Shown here: piece by piece, positions 51,309 to 59,892 of the stretch
How the letters are laid out: the number at the start of each line of letters is the position of its first letter
Position numbering within the stretch: position 1 is the stretch's first letter
Source: a virus
DNA length: 64,000 bases
Strand: one strand, 5' to 3'
IMG/VR virus record: IMGVR_UViG_3300032116_000088
Coordinates: 26,668-90,667 of that record
Notes under the pieces: model-generated
What the model saw: only the letters and a program-made list of their open reading frames with translations
Told to the model about the DNA's origin: nothing
Database searches by the model: none
Program-made: the position numbers and the translations under genes

Positions 51309-51671
51309 TTATTCGATGTCAAGATTTTTGATAATGTCATCGAATTCTTGGTTAATTTGCTTTTGTGCAATATCATCACCTGATTGCCAAAGAATCTTGG
51401 CAGTTTTAGTAATTTGCATAATGGCAAATACAATTTCATGCTTCTCTCCGTCATCATCAACAATGTGGTGAACTCCATCAATAACTTCATGAGATTGTTC
51501 GTGCTCTTTGTGCATCTCTACAAGTGCTTCGAGATACGCATTAGCCGCCTTCTCTGAAGGAAACTCCATAGGCCAAGCCTCTGGTTCTTCTTCACATAGG
51601 TGGCAACGCTTTAAGATAATGTAATTTGCTGGAAACTTTGGCAAATCATCATCTTTAATACGATGTTCCAT
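51309..51671 (-). CDS. Hypothetical protein
   Basis: GAAAGGT SD before MEHRIK. Confidence 0.55.
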   Translation of the reverse strand: MEHRIKDDDLPKFPANYIILKRCHLCEEEPEAWPMEFPSEKAANAYLEALVEMHKEHEQSHEVIDGVHHIVDDDGEKHEIVFAIMQITKTAKILWQSGDDIAQKQINQEFDDIIKNLDIE

Positions 51672-51689
51672 AATATTACCTTTCATAGT

Positions 51690-52372
51690 AATAAAACCTA
51701 GTAGCGACTTGCTACTAGGTGTATCTGTATGACTATACAGAACTTTACAGCCTAAGATGTTTGTGTCGGCTAGGCTTATCACACCGACTAGGTCAATGCC
51801 CCGTGGCTACACTGTAGTCTGACTTATACAAGCCCATCTATATAAGATGCTGTTGACTTGTGTAGCCACGGAACATTAGAAGAGTTTAACCATCTAGTTT
51901 GCGCCCAATACTCAATATGCTAGTTACTCTTTACTCACTAAGGTTCACATATATCTAACGTCTTCAATTATCCGAATAGAAGCGAAGCGCCTATCTATAA
52001 GCCAAGCCTCCCACTTGAACGGGCTTTGATTGACTGGCCTAGCCACACCAGATACTATACATTGCTGTATAGAATTCTATGCAGTCTTTCACAACTAAAC
52101 ATAGACTCGAAAGTTTCTGCCTAGTTGTGAAAGTTTATACACTTAACTGCTTAGTGTTTGACTTTACGTTGTCATCGTTTGTAGTTTTACGAGGAATTGT
52201 TATGCTTTGGAATTCCACCTAATGCACACCCACCGACTCTACTCATTACTGAGTGCCAGCTGCTACCTTTACGTACGGGGCATCACGCTCGATGGTTTTT
52301 GTTTACGGAGAGCCATACCAAAAAACTCTCCCCAGTGCTCATTTATGACTTACGTCAAGGGGGATGCACCCC
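51690..52372 (-). ncRNA. Candidate large structured ncRNA containing a tmRNA-message-like segment
   Basis: ~680-nt gap without a credible gene; 12-bp stems at 51801-51871 and 52086-52133; two H-type pseudoknots; 3' hairpin 51696-51720 followed by U-rich tract. Confidence 0.6.
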
Positions 52373-52384
52373 ATCTAAGTATTG

Positions 52385-53421
52385 CTACTTAGAATTCTTT
52401 TGTTTGAGGTTATTGAGTGCGTCAACAACTTCTTGCAAAGCCTTAGGTGTTTCTACAGGTTCAGTGATTTGAATACGGCTAATCTCATCACCATTTTCGT
52501 CATACTTAACTATTTCTGCTATCGCACCAGGGTCTTGAGCCATAAGCCTTGCCTGTATAACTTCTTGGTCTTCACCAGTTTTTTCTGATTCTTCCCATGC
52601 TTCAGCCATTTGGTCTAAGAACTTATCAAGGTCATTGATTCTCATAGCCGTTCCATTAGCAAGAATACGCTTTGATTCTTCTGGGTCTAATACAGTCATT
52701 TTTTAATTCCTAACAATTTTTTATTTTCTTTATACTCTTTTTGCCAACCTCTTAAGTCTGGGCAAAGCCAATCGTGTAACTTCCAAAGTAAAAAGTCAAA
52801 CGATAACCAATAACCTAAGGCACTAGTCTTCCATTTACGGTGGTAGTATATTTGGCATATGTATGGTGCTGTAGCACAATATTCTTTTGTGCAACCATAC
52901 AAGTTTTTTCTATTCATTTGTTTCTCCATCTTCTTCTGGGTTATCGAACTTAGATAAACGTTCGTTCATCTCGTCAATAATATTTGTGCTAGGGGTTTCA
53001 AAAGCATTATCAAACACTTCTTTAGACCAAATTGCTATAGCATCATCATCTGTAGGGTCTATCCATTCTTGGTCTGGTATAGACCACACGTTGATAAGTT
53101 CGTGTAGTCTGCCTTTAAGAACAGATAACGCTTTCTCTTGGGCATCTCCTTCATAACCGATGTCCTGCTCTAGGTCAGCGATTACTAGTTTGTATGCTTC
53201 TTGTAGTTCACTCATTTGTTTCTCTTTCTATCTCTGTTATCTTGTATAACCATTACTTTATATAAGATGTTCCATATAAAGAACGGAATTCTAATCCAAC
53301 CTTTAGGTTGCACATAAAAATCAATTTTATATTTTGATTTAGGTGACATACCTAATGTAAAGGGTTTAAAGTGTACGTGAAATACTTGTGTGTCAAGTAA
53401 TTCTTTAGGTAGTTTATTCAT
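52385..53421 (-). other. Four small hypothetical ORFs (52385-52699, 52696-52929, 52910-53215, 53212-53421)
   Basis: Coupled minus-strand ORFs. Confidence 0.55.
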
Positions 53422-53424
53422 TTA

Positions 53425-53739
53425 TTACCATCCTTTTTCTATTGTTGTTATTAGTTCTGTATAGAACTCAACAGTTGTTATGCCTAAACCACGGCATAAA
53501 GCTTCTACAGTGCTAGAACTAGCAACCTTTTGACCTAGTTCTACTTCGCAAATAAACGCTAAAGCAACATTGCTATTTTTAGCTACATTGCGTAGTGTCA
53601 AGTCTTTGTTCATACGAATGCGTCTAAGTGTTCTACCTATTTGAGAGTTTAGACTATTGTGTCTGAAATAGTTAGTGGTTGTCTTAGGTTGTTTGTGTTG
53701 GCTAGGCGGCGACGCTAGACTAACGCTTGTTGTAGGCAT
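53425..53739 (-). CDS. XRE-family HTH regulator
   Basis: IGRTLRRIR...LTLRNVA...V...FICEVELGQK.AS....ALCRGLG; start uncertain. Confidence 0.75.
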   Translation of the reverse strand: MPTTSVSLASPPSQHKQPKTTTNYFRHNSLNSQIGRTLRRIRMNKDLTLRNVAKNSNVALAFICEVELGQKVASSSTVEALCRGLGITTVEFYTELITTIEKGW

Positions 53740-54234
53740 CTATGTCTTTCCTTACTTCATCTAATCGTAGTTGTGTCATATGTATCTCACCATCTAATGA
53801 CTTGTTGGGTGTTTGCATTAGTTGTTGTAGGTTCTTTAACCTGGTGAGTTTCTTATCTAATGCATCTCTCCTGTCAAGGAGTTCTTGTAGTGAACTAGGC
53901 ATGTCTACCTGCTGGTCTGTTGTAGAATGCTTGGCTACAACTAACTAACTGTGCATAACGCCAATGTTCCACGTGAAACATTTGTAGGAACTTGCGTGCT
54001 GATTGATACTTCTTGGCTCTACGGTAGAACGAACACTCTACGCAGTGCATTTCATTATTCATTTGGTTCTCCTTATCTTTAACTTAAGGTTTAGTAATGC
54101 ACAATAGAATTTCCATTGTGAATGTGTTATAACTTTGAATCCCATAGCAAGTGCTTGTTCCGTAGCGTAGTCATCTGCTGTAGCAGTGACGGCTTGCTGT
54201 AATGTGCCTGGCTTGTTCCAGTAAGTGTATACAC

Positions 54235-54681
54235 TCATTTAGTTTCTCCTTCCCAACCAGGCTTATCCCAGGTTGGATATCTTTTGTATGCTATCCCCCT
54301 ATATGCAAGACGAGTTGGAATTAATCCACCAAGCCATCTTGGTATGTGAAAGTATAAGTAATGACAGTCACCCATATATTTAGGCTTAATAAAAGCATAT
54401 TTGTTTATACTTTTACGAGACTGTCTATCCATAGGCTTACCTGAATAATGTTGCAGTGTAATACAGCCACAAGGAATGCATATACTTAGTCGATAATGGC
54501 CTTCAAAGAATTTGTTTCTTGTAGAACTGTTCCACCAAGCAAGACTGTAAGCGTTTTTAGTAAACAATAGTTTTCCTAGTTGCTTATATTCACACCCCCA
54601 TTCAAAGCATCGTAATACTTGTCTAGGTAATCCTTTGACAAATTTTACATTGGGATATAACTCGTGTTCGTGTTCATTCAT
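54235..54681 (-). CDS. Hypothetical protein
   Basis: Coupled ORF. Confidence 0.5.
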   Translation of the reverse strand: MNEHEHELYPNVKFVKGLPRQVLRCFEWGCEYKQLGKLLFTKNAYSLAWWNSSTRNKFFEGHYRLSICIPCGCITLQHYSGKPMDRQSRKSINKYAFIKPKYMGDCHYLYFHIPRWLGGLIPTRLAYRGIAYKRYPTWDKPGWEGETK

Positions 54682-54955
54682 TTGTTTTACCTACTTTTCT
54701 AGTTAAACCTATTAAATTCTTTAGGTCACACAGGCACATTATGTTACCAAACCCACGCTTTGATTTAGCACAGGCTAATGTAATGTGATAGTCTACACCA
54801 AAGGTTTTATTACCAGTGTTTTTAATTTCACACTCGTTAGTTCCCCTACTACCATAGGTTCTACTGGCTATAAGGTTATACACACGCTTACGCTCATCAC
54901 GCTTGCCTTGGTTGTATATTTTACGCTCAGCATCAGTCATTTGACTTATTAGCAT
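54674..54955 (-). CDS. Hypothetical protein
   Basis: GAAAGGTAGG SD. Confidence 0.5.
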   Translation of the reverse strand: MLISQMTDAERKIYNQGKRDERKRVYNLIASRTYGSRGTNECEIKNTGNKTFGVDYHITLACAKSKRGFGNIMCLCDLKNLIGLTRKVGKTNE

Positions 54956-55062
54956 TGTTTTCCTACCTTTCTATAGGCTAAATGGGGCTTGGTTAATCTA
55001 TAGGATACGGTTCAATTGAGCGAGCTACCACGGTCATAACCAAGCCCCTTTGTTACCCTTAG

Positions 55063-55114
55063 AACGCCCCTACACCATGTAAATAGGGGGTTCTAAGGGG
55101 GCTTTGCCCCCTTA
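55063..55114. repeat. GC-rich double hairpin, copy 1 (copy 2 at 55664-55707)
   Basis: AACGCCCC...GGGGTTCTA-(A/G)GGGGGCTT(T)GCCCCC shared by both. Confidence 0.65.
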
Positions 55115-55297
55115 CCCATAAAGGAGGTAATATCTCAAGGGGGACTTATTGTTTAGAGATACTACGTGCCCTAGAGAGCGGACTATGAGGCTCCCTAGGG
55201 CTTGCAAGACTTAGAGTATATAAATACCTGCTTGCTTGTTGAATTAGATAGGGCACAGAGATAATGCTTTGACTAAATCCGCCGTTATCTATTGATA

Positions 55298-55630
55298 CTA
55301 GATGATTCTGTAACTAGCCAGGGTTCTGCCCCTGAACTTAGGTATGGAATCAGTGTAGGACTTGACAGACTGTCTAACTAGTTTTGCTACACCAGCGTTG
55401 ATTATAATGATATTCGCTGGCTTAGTGTCTTCAGTTACATTCTGTAGGTCAGCGATAAGGTCATCTATCTCGCTCTTGCGATTAGACAGTGCGTATTGAA
55501 AGCCACTAGGTGTCTTATAATACATCTCACCAGCGTAATGCTCTACTTCAAAGGCTCTTGCTAATCCTTGTTCCATCAACTTCATAGAACTAGACTGCTC
55601 AATGCCAAGTAGTTCTGCTACTCTAGCCAT
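55298..55630 (-). CDS. Hypothetical protein (110 aa)
   Basis: GAAAGGGGGTG SD before MARVAELL. Confidence 0.6.
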   Translation of the reverse strand: MARVAELLGIEQSSSMKLMEQGLARAFEVEHYAGEMYYKTPSGFQYALSNRKSEIDDLIADLQNVTEDTKPANIIIINAGVAKLVRQSVKSYTDSIPKFRGRTLASYRII

Positions 55631-55712
55631 GTTGCTCACCCCCTTTCTTTGGGTAAGGCTAACAACGCCCCTGTTAGCGGGGGGTTCTAGGGGGGCTTGC
55701 CCCCCTAAAGTC

Positions 55713-55877
55713 TTAGTCAGTGAGAATCTTAAAGCAAGTCTTACAGACATACTTATATCTCTTATGGACTATAAACACTAAGTCATACTTCTTAGAGTTC
55801 CAATAGTCTCTAGAACTGCCTTTACAGCAGTCACATCTCTCAGGCCAACCTGGAGGTGTAGGCTCTCTTTCAGCCAT
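55713..55877 (-). CDS. 54-aa Cys-rich protein (not in ORF track)
   Basis: MAEREPTPPGWPERCDCC...VCKTCFKILTD. Confidence 0.5.
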   Translation of the reverse strand: MAEREPTPPGWPERCDCCKGSSRDYWNSKKYDLVFIVHKRYKYVCKTCFKILTD

Positions 55878-56025
55878 TTACAGGCTCTTCAGGCTTATGA
55901 CAGTCACACTCACAAGGCTCACACCTAGAGTGGTCTCCATCTGTAAAGCAATTACCTATGAAGTAATGGACTGTCTTAGGGGTATCCTTACAGCCACAGT
56001 CTTCGGCTTCTGTGTATTTACACAT
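55870..56025 (-). CDS. 51-aa Cys-rich protein (not in ORF track)
   Basis: GAAAGGAG SD; MCKYTEAEDCGC...RCEPCECDCHK. Confidence 0.55.
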   Translation of the reverse strand: MCKYTEAEDCGCKDTPKTVHYFIGNCFTDGDHSRCEPCECDCHKPEEPVNG

Positions 56026-56231
56026 AACGGCTCCTTTCTATGAGCGTGCCCTAGGCAGGACTATGCACCTACCTGTAGGCTGCCTTACGGCTTCCTATAG
56101 GGCTTGTCTATATATAAAGCCTACAGACAGGCTTAGGGACTGTTATACTTGATAACAGTGACGGGCAGGCTTCGTAAATCTGGCTACAGACTCACTTAGC
56201 CTGCCCGTCGGTTGGACAGTAGCCGAACGGC

Positions 56232-56702
56232 TTACAGGGTTGCTAGACCCCAGATGCCCTTTGCGCCACGGCTACGGTTGACACCCAACTCGCCTAGCCA
56301 CTCGTCTAGAAGAACGAATGTCTGGGCATCTGCTGGCTGTAGAAGACAAGGGTAGTTGGCGTCTTCTGGATTCACATCAGTGTTTCCTTCAGATAGTAGG
56401 AATTCCATAAGTCTCTCGTTACGAGAGCCGTCTGGTAGAACTACTGCCTTGCCTACGCGTAGACCGGCCTTGTAGAGAGTGACTAGCGTCTCAGCGGCAG
56501 ACTTAACAGTGTAAGACTTACCGTTGATGGTAGTGACGCTCTCTAGGCGAGCCTTAGCGTCAGCGTTTAGTATCTCAACAATCTCAGGGTGAGACGCGAT
56601 AATAGACGCGATGGCATCCTTAGTGAGCCAGTCTAAACTGGTTCGTAGGGATGTTTCCACAGGGGTTACCGTAGTGGTCACGGTGTCCATGGTTGTATCC
56701 AT
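56232..56702 (-). CDS. Hypothetical protein, first gene of the minus-strand arm
   Basis: AAGGAGTG SD; higher GC than neighbours. Confidence 0.6.
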   Translation of the reverse strand: MDTTMDTVTTTVTPVETSLRTSLDWLTKDAIASIIASHPEIVEILNADAKARLESVTTINGKSYTVKSAAETLVTLYKAGLRVGKAVVLPDGSRNERLMEFLLSEGNTDVNPEDANYPCLLQPADAQTFVLLDEWLGELGVNRSRGAKGIWGLATL

Positions 56703-56705
56703 GGC

Positions 56706-57034
56706 TATCACTCCTTATTAGTGATAAAGGTGATACCTAGGCGATTACCTAGGCACGCGTGCCATACCTAAAAGATACGGCACACGCCTAAATACGCGGT
56801 TAGGTGTCTAGCCGTGTAAATAGGTGTATGCCGTAGCGTTTAGGGCGTTCATAACTACATAGATAAGGGCACTAGCCTAGTGTTGCCTAGTGCCCTTACC
56901 TAGTATGTAGGTCTATCTAGGCGTATTGCCTAGACCTAACTACTATCCACGCCACTAAACCCGTATTGGTTGCCTAGTGGCGATAATTCCATACTAGCCT
57001 AACCCCTTACCACTACCCTAACGCTAACACCTAA
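56706..57034. repeat. Dense inverted-repeat array; probable genome end / packaging region
   Basis: At least six consecutive hairpins, e.g. TAAGGGCACTAG/CTAGTGCCCTTA, then degenerate CCCTAA repeats. Confidence 0.55.
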
Positions 57035-57087
57035 GAGATGGGCCAGGTGAAAAACACGGTTGAAGCTTTTTTATATTAAGCAGTAGC

Positions 57088-57594
57088 CTAAACGAGTTCG
57101 CCATTGAGCCACATTTTGTCTGATTTAGCTAAATTGCATTCTGCATGGGTGGGTTTTACGTTATCGATGATGTCTGCTCCTTTTTTTGCTATTGGACGTA
57201 CGTGGTCTAGGTGTAGGCCACGGGGTTCTGTTCTCGGTATTTGTAGGTCTATTTCTTCATCACATAGATAGCATATTGTGCCCCAACGTTCTAATATCAT
57301 TTCTGTGGTGTAGAATTCCCATCCCCATTTACGTTTGTCGCGATTGGATAAGGTTTCGTCGCGTAGACGATAGTTGATTTTTGGAAAGCCGTGCTTTTTG
57401 AGGAAGTAGGCACGTCTACGTATTTTGTTGATTTCTTTGCCCCTGTAGTCTGGATGGTTGGGGTCGCGTTTGTTACGCCAGTACTGCACTTCTGCTTCGT
57501 GGCATTGTGGACATTCATCCTTAGGACGCCCCTGTACCCTGACATGGAGACGATATCCGGCCCTGGTGCCACATGGGGGTGCTGGCTTAGACAT
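57088..57594 (-). CDS. HNH endonuclease with N-terminal CGT..GY..H...C..C domain
   Basis: CYLC...HLDHVRP..K.G.....N....H..CN..K. Confidence 0.88.
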   Translation of the reverse strand: MSKPAPPCGTRAGYRLHVRVQGRPKDECPQCHEAEVQYWRNKRDPNHPDYRGKEINKIRRRAYFLKKHGFPKINYRLRDETLSNRDKRKWGWEFYTTEMILERWGTICYLCDEEIDLQIPRTEPRGLHLDHVRPIAKKGADIIDNVKPTHAECNLAKSDKMWLNGELV

Positions 57595-57704
57595 AGAACG
57601 CCCCTGTAAGAGGCTGTGAGGCCCGTAGAAGGGTTTTGGTGTTTAGGAGAATAAACTGCTCAATTAACTTCATAATCCCAATTTATAGGGTGGTTAAGAG
57701 CTTG

Positions 57705-57998
57705 TCAAGTATTTTTAGATTCTTTTTTTGCCCTAAATTCGGCCATGCTGATTACGGGGGCTAAAGGCAGTTCTGTAGCTGGTTTTTCTGGTGCTCTTTC
57801 TATTTCGCCTTGTTCGTTGAACTTCCATTTACCGTATGTGAACCCCATAATGGCTTTGTGTCTCATTGGTTCGTACTGTTTAAATGGGCAAGAGGCGTCG
57901 TGTAAGCCAGAGTGTGACCAGTCGTCAAATTCTTTATTGTAGCTGATTGTTTGCCCGCATCCTCCGGGACACGGTCTATCTTGTATATGTGGATTCAT
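57705..57998 (-). CDS. Hypothetical protein
   Basis: CPGGC...H...C motif. Confidence 0.5.
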   Translation of the reverse strand: MNPHIQDRPCPGGCGQTISYNKEFDDWSHSGLHDASCPFKQYEPMRHKAIMGFTYGKWKFNEQGEIERAPEKPATELPLAPVISMAEFRAKKESKNT

Positions 57999-58013
57999 AT
58001 TGGCAGGGGCGTT

Positions 58014-58364
58014 TTAGCGCTTCTTTTTGCCAAGCCAGTTTACTTTAGGGCTAAGGTTACGGTTAAGTCTTTGCATTCCTTTAGCAGCTAGATAAGCACC
58101 AGTAACCACTGCGGTGTCTCTAAGAACATGTGGAGTAGCACTAGCTACTGCTTGGTCAAAAGGCATACCTGGAGTAGTCACAGTTTCAAGATTACGTAAA
58201 AGAACAGAACTTCCTCCACCATTCGGGTCATCTGCCCATTTTTCAGTAACTACATCTTTAGAGCCTGGAGCAGTTAAATCACTAACTCTGAGTGCAGCTG
58301 AAAGTGCTGCTGTTCCAAGAGCTGTTCTTGCTGCTTTAACAGAAGTTCTTAATGCCATAATCAA
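58014..58364 (-). CDS. Hypothetical protein
   Basis: AAGGA SD. Confidence 0.5.
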   Translation of the reverse strand: MIMALRTSVKAARTALGTAALSAALRVSDLTAPGSKDVVTEKWADDPNGGGSSVLLRNLETVTTPGMPFDQAVASATPHVLRDTAVVTGAYLAAKGMQRLNRNLSPKVNWLGKKKR

Positions 58365-58449
58365 TCCTTACTTTATATATTTATTTTGACATACTACAGG
58401 GGCGTTTTAGGTATAAACTATAAACGAATAAATAGTTTAGGAGATAACT

Positions 58450-59202
58450 ATGTTAACACGATTGTTTCGTAAAAGAGGAACTGGACAAGGTCCTGTAGTA
58501 GAGTCTACACCACAAAGAGACCCATTTGATTTTAATGCTCCACTTTCAACCCAAGACCAAGCATATGTAGCATGGAAAGCTTCTCAAGCAGTTCAAGATT
58601 CAGCTAAGAATGACGCTAACATACGTGAAAGAGAAGGGCTTAAAATGAGAAGACGAGAAGAACCTAACAATCCGAAGTGGAAAGACTAATGCAAAGAGTA
58701 GGCCATGACAATAGAGTAGACCTCTACTCTAAAGCAAGAGCAGCCGAACTAGGTAAATACCAAAACGAAGTAAAAACAGCCAACACTCTAAACTGGATGG
58801 ACCGCTCCGGTAAACCCGACGTAGCAAGAGTACAATCCGCATTAGGCAGAGTTGTTAACGTTCCAGGTGGATTGTACTAAAAATGGCCGAGGCCGAAAAA
58901 AGGCCTTCCGTCGTTGACTAAGGATATTTATGGCTAGAGATGCACAGTACTGGGCTAGATGGCGTTCTTATCAAGAAACAGGTAAATGGCCTGAAACTGA
59001 GAACCAGCGTAAGACCAGAGAAGCTAAAGAGCGTGAAGCAGCAGAGCCTGTTTCAACCGAACAAGCTCACCCTGCCGCATCCCCGCAGCTGGCTAACGCA
59101 CCTAAAATTGAAGAAGAACCTAAAGAAGAAGACCATGTATCTAAAGTAGTTAGATTATGGTGGGAAGCTCATCCAGAGCTAAAACCAAATAAAGACGAAT
59201 AG
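58450..59202 (+). other. Three small hypothetical ORFs (58450-58689, ~58689-58880, 58930-59202)
   Basis: SDs AGGAG / AAGGA. Confidence 0.55.
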
Positions 59203-59204
59203 TC

Positions 59205-59234
59205 TTGACAAACGTGTATAGTTTCCTTTAAAAT
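59205..59234 (+). promoter_or_regulatory. Sigma70/SigA-type promoter for hsp20
   Basis: TTGACA-18 bp-TAAAAT. Confidence 0.6.
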
Positions 59235-59321
59235 CTATATAGATACGCCAATTGGGTATCTTAAATTAATTACTGTGCTTCGGGCAGTACTGAAGTACAG
59301 TTGTCGTCTAAAGGAGACAAT

Positions 59322-59840
59322 ATGTTCATTGAACCAAGCCCATGGGACCACAACAAGCCATGGAAACCAAATCCCTATGATAAAGACCACTGGAAAAAAG
59401 AATGGCACAAAGAACCAGTAAAAAAGCCAATCACCATTGATGACCTTTTTCCACGTCTAGACCGCCTATCAATTGGATGGTCACCACTTCTTGACCAACT
59501 CAAAGAAGTAACCTCAAACAAACCATCTTACCCACCATACGACATTGTTTTATTGGAAGATGATGTTACCCTACTTAACATTGCTGTAGCAGGTTTTGAT
59601 AAGAAAGAACTCAAAATTACTTTCCAAGACTCAACTATTACTATTCTAGGTAAGAAGGAAGATAAGCAACGTGGTGACGTAGTGTATCAAGGTATTGCTG
59701 GCCGTGACTTTAGGTTACAGCTTGCAGTAGCAGAATACTGGGAAATCACTAATGCCACTATTGAAAACGGTATGCTGACTATTCAATTCAATAAAGAACT
59801 ACCTGAAGAAAAGAAACCTAAAGTAATTGACATCAAGTAA
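59322..59840 (+). CDS. Small heat-shock protein (Hsp20/IbpA-like)
   Basis: YPPYDI, AVAGF, QGIAGRDF, A..ENGMLTI, PEEKKPK.IDI; start at ATG59322 after AAGGAG. Confidence 0.92.
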   Translation: MFIEPSPWDHNKPWKPNPYDKDHWKKEWHKEPVKKPITIDDLFPRLDRLSIGWSPLLDQLKEVTSNKPSYPPYDIVLLEDDVTLLNIAVAGFDKKELKITFQDSTITILGKKEDKQRGDVVYQGIAGRDFRLQLAVAEYWEITNATIENGMLTIQFNKELPEEKKPKVIDIK

Positions 59841-59854
59841 ACTTGGTGTATACT
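59827..59854 (+). promoter_or_regulatory. Promoter for the RNA gene cluster
   Basis: TTGACA-16 bp-TATACT, followed by GC-rich hairpin 59861-59886. Confidence 0.55.
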
Positions 59855-59892
59855 AGAAGCCTGGGGGAGATTTCGGTCTCCCCCAGAGCCTA

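Noticed and set aside
51690-52372. Complete one-piece tmRNA
   Set aside because: No acceptor stem, T-arm or ACCA end; the GGGGUGC 5' segment pairs locally and CCCGUUCAAGUGGG is not a valid T-arm.
55630-56040. Second long non-coding RNA
   Set aside because: Mostly explained by two Cys-rich ORFs below the track's length cut-off.
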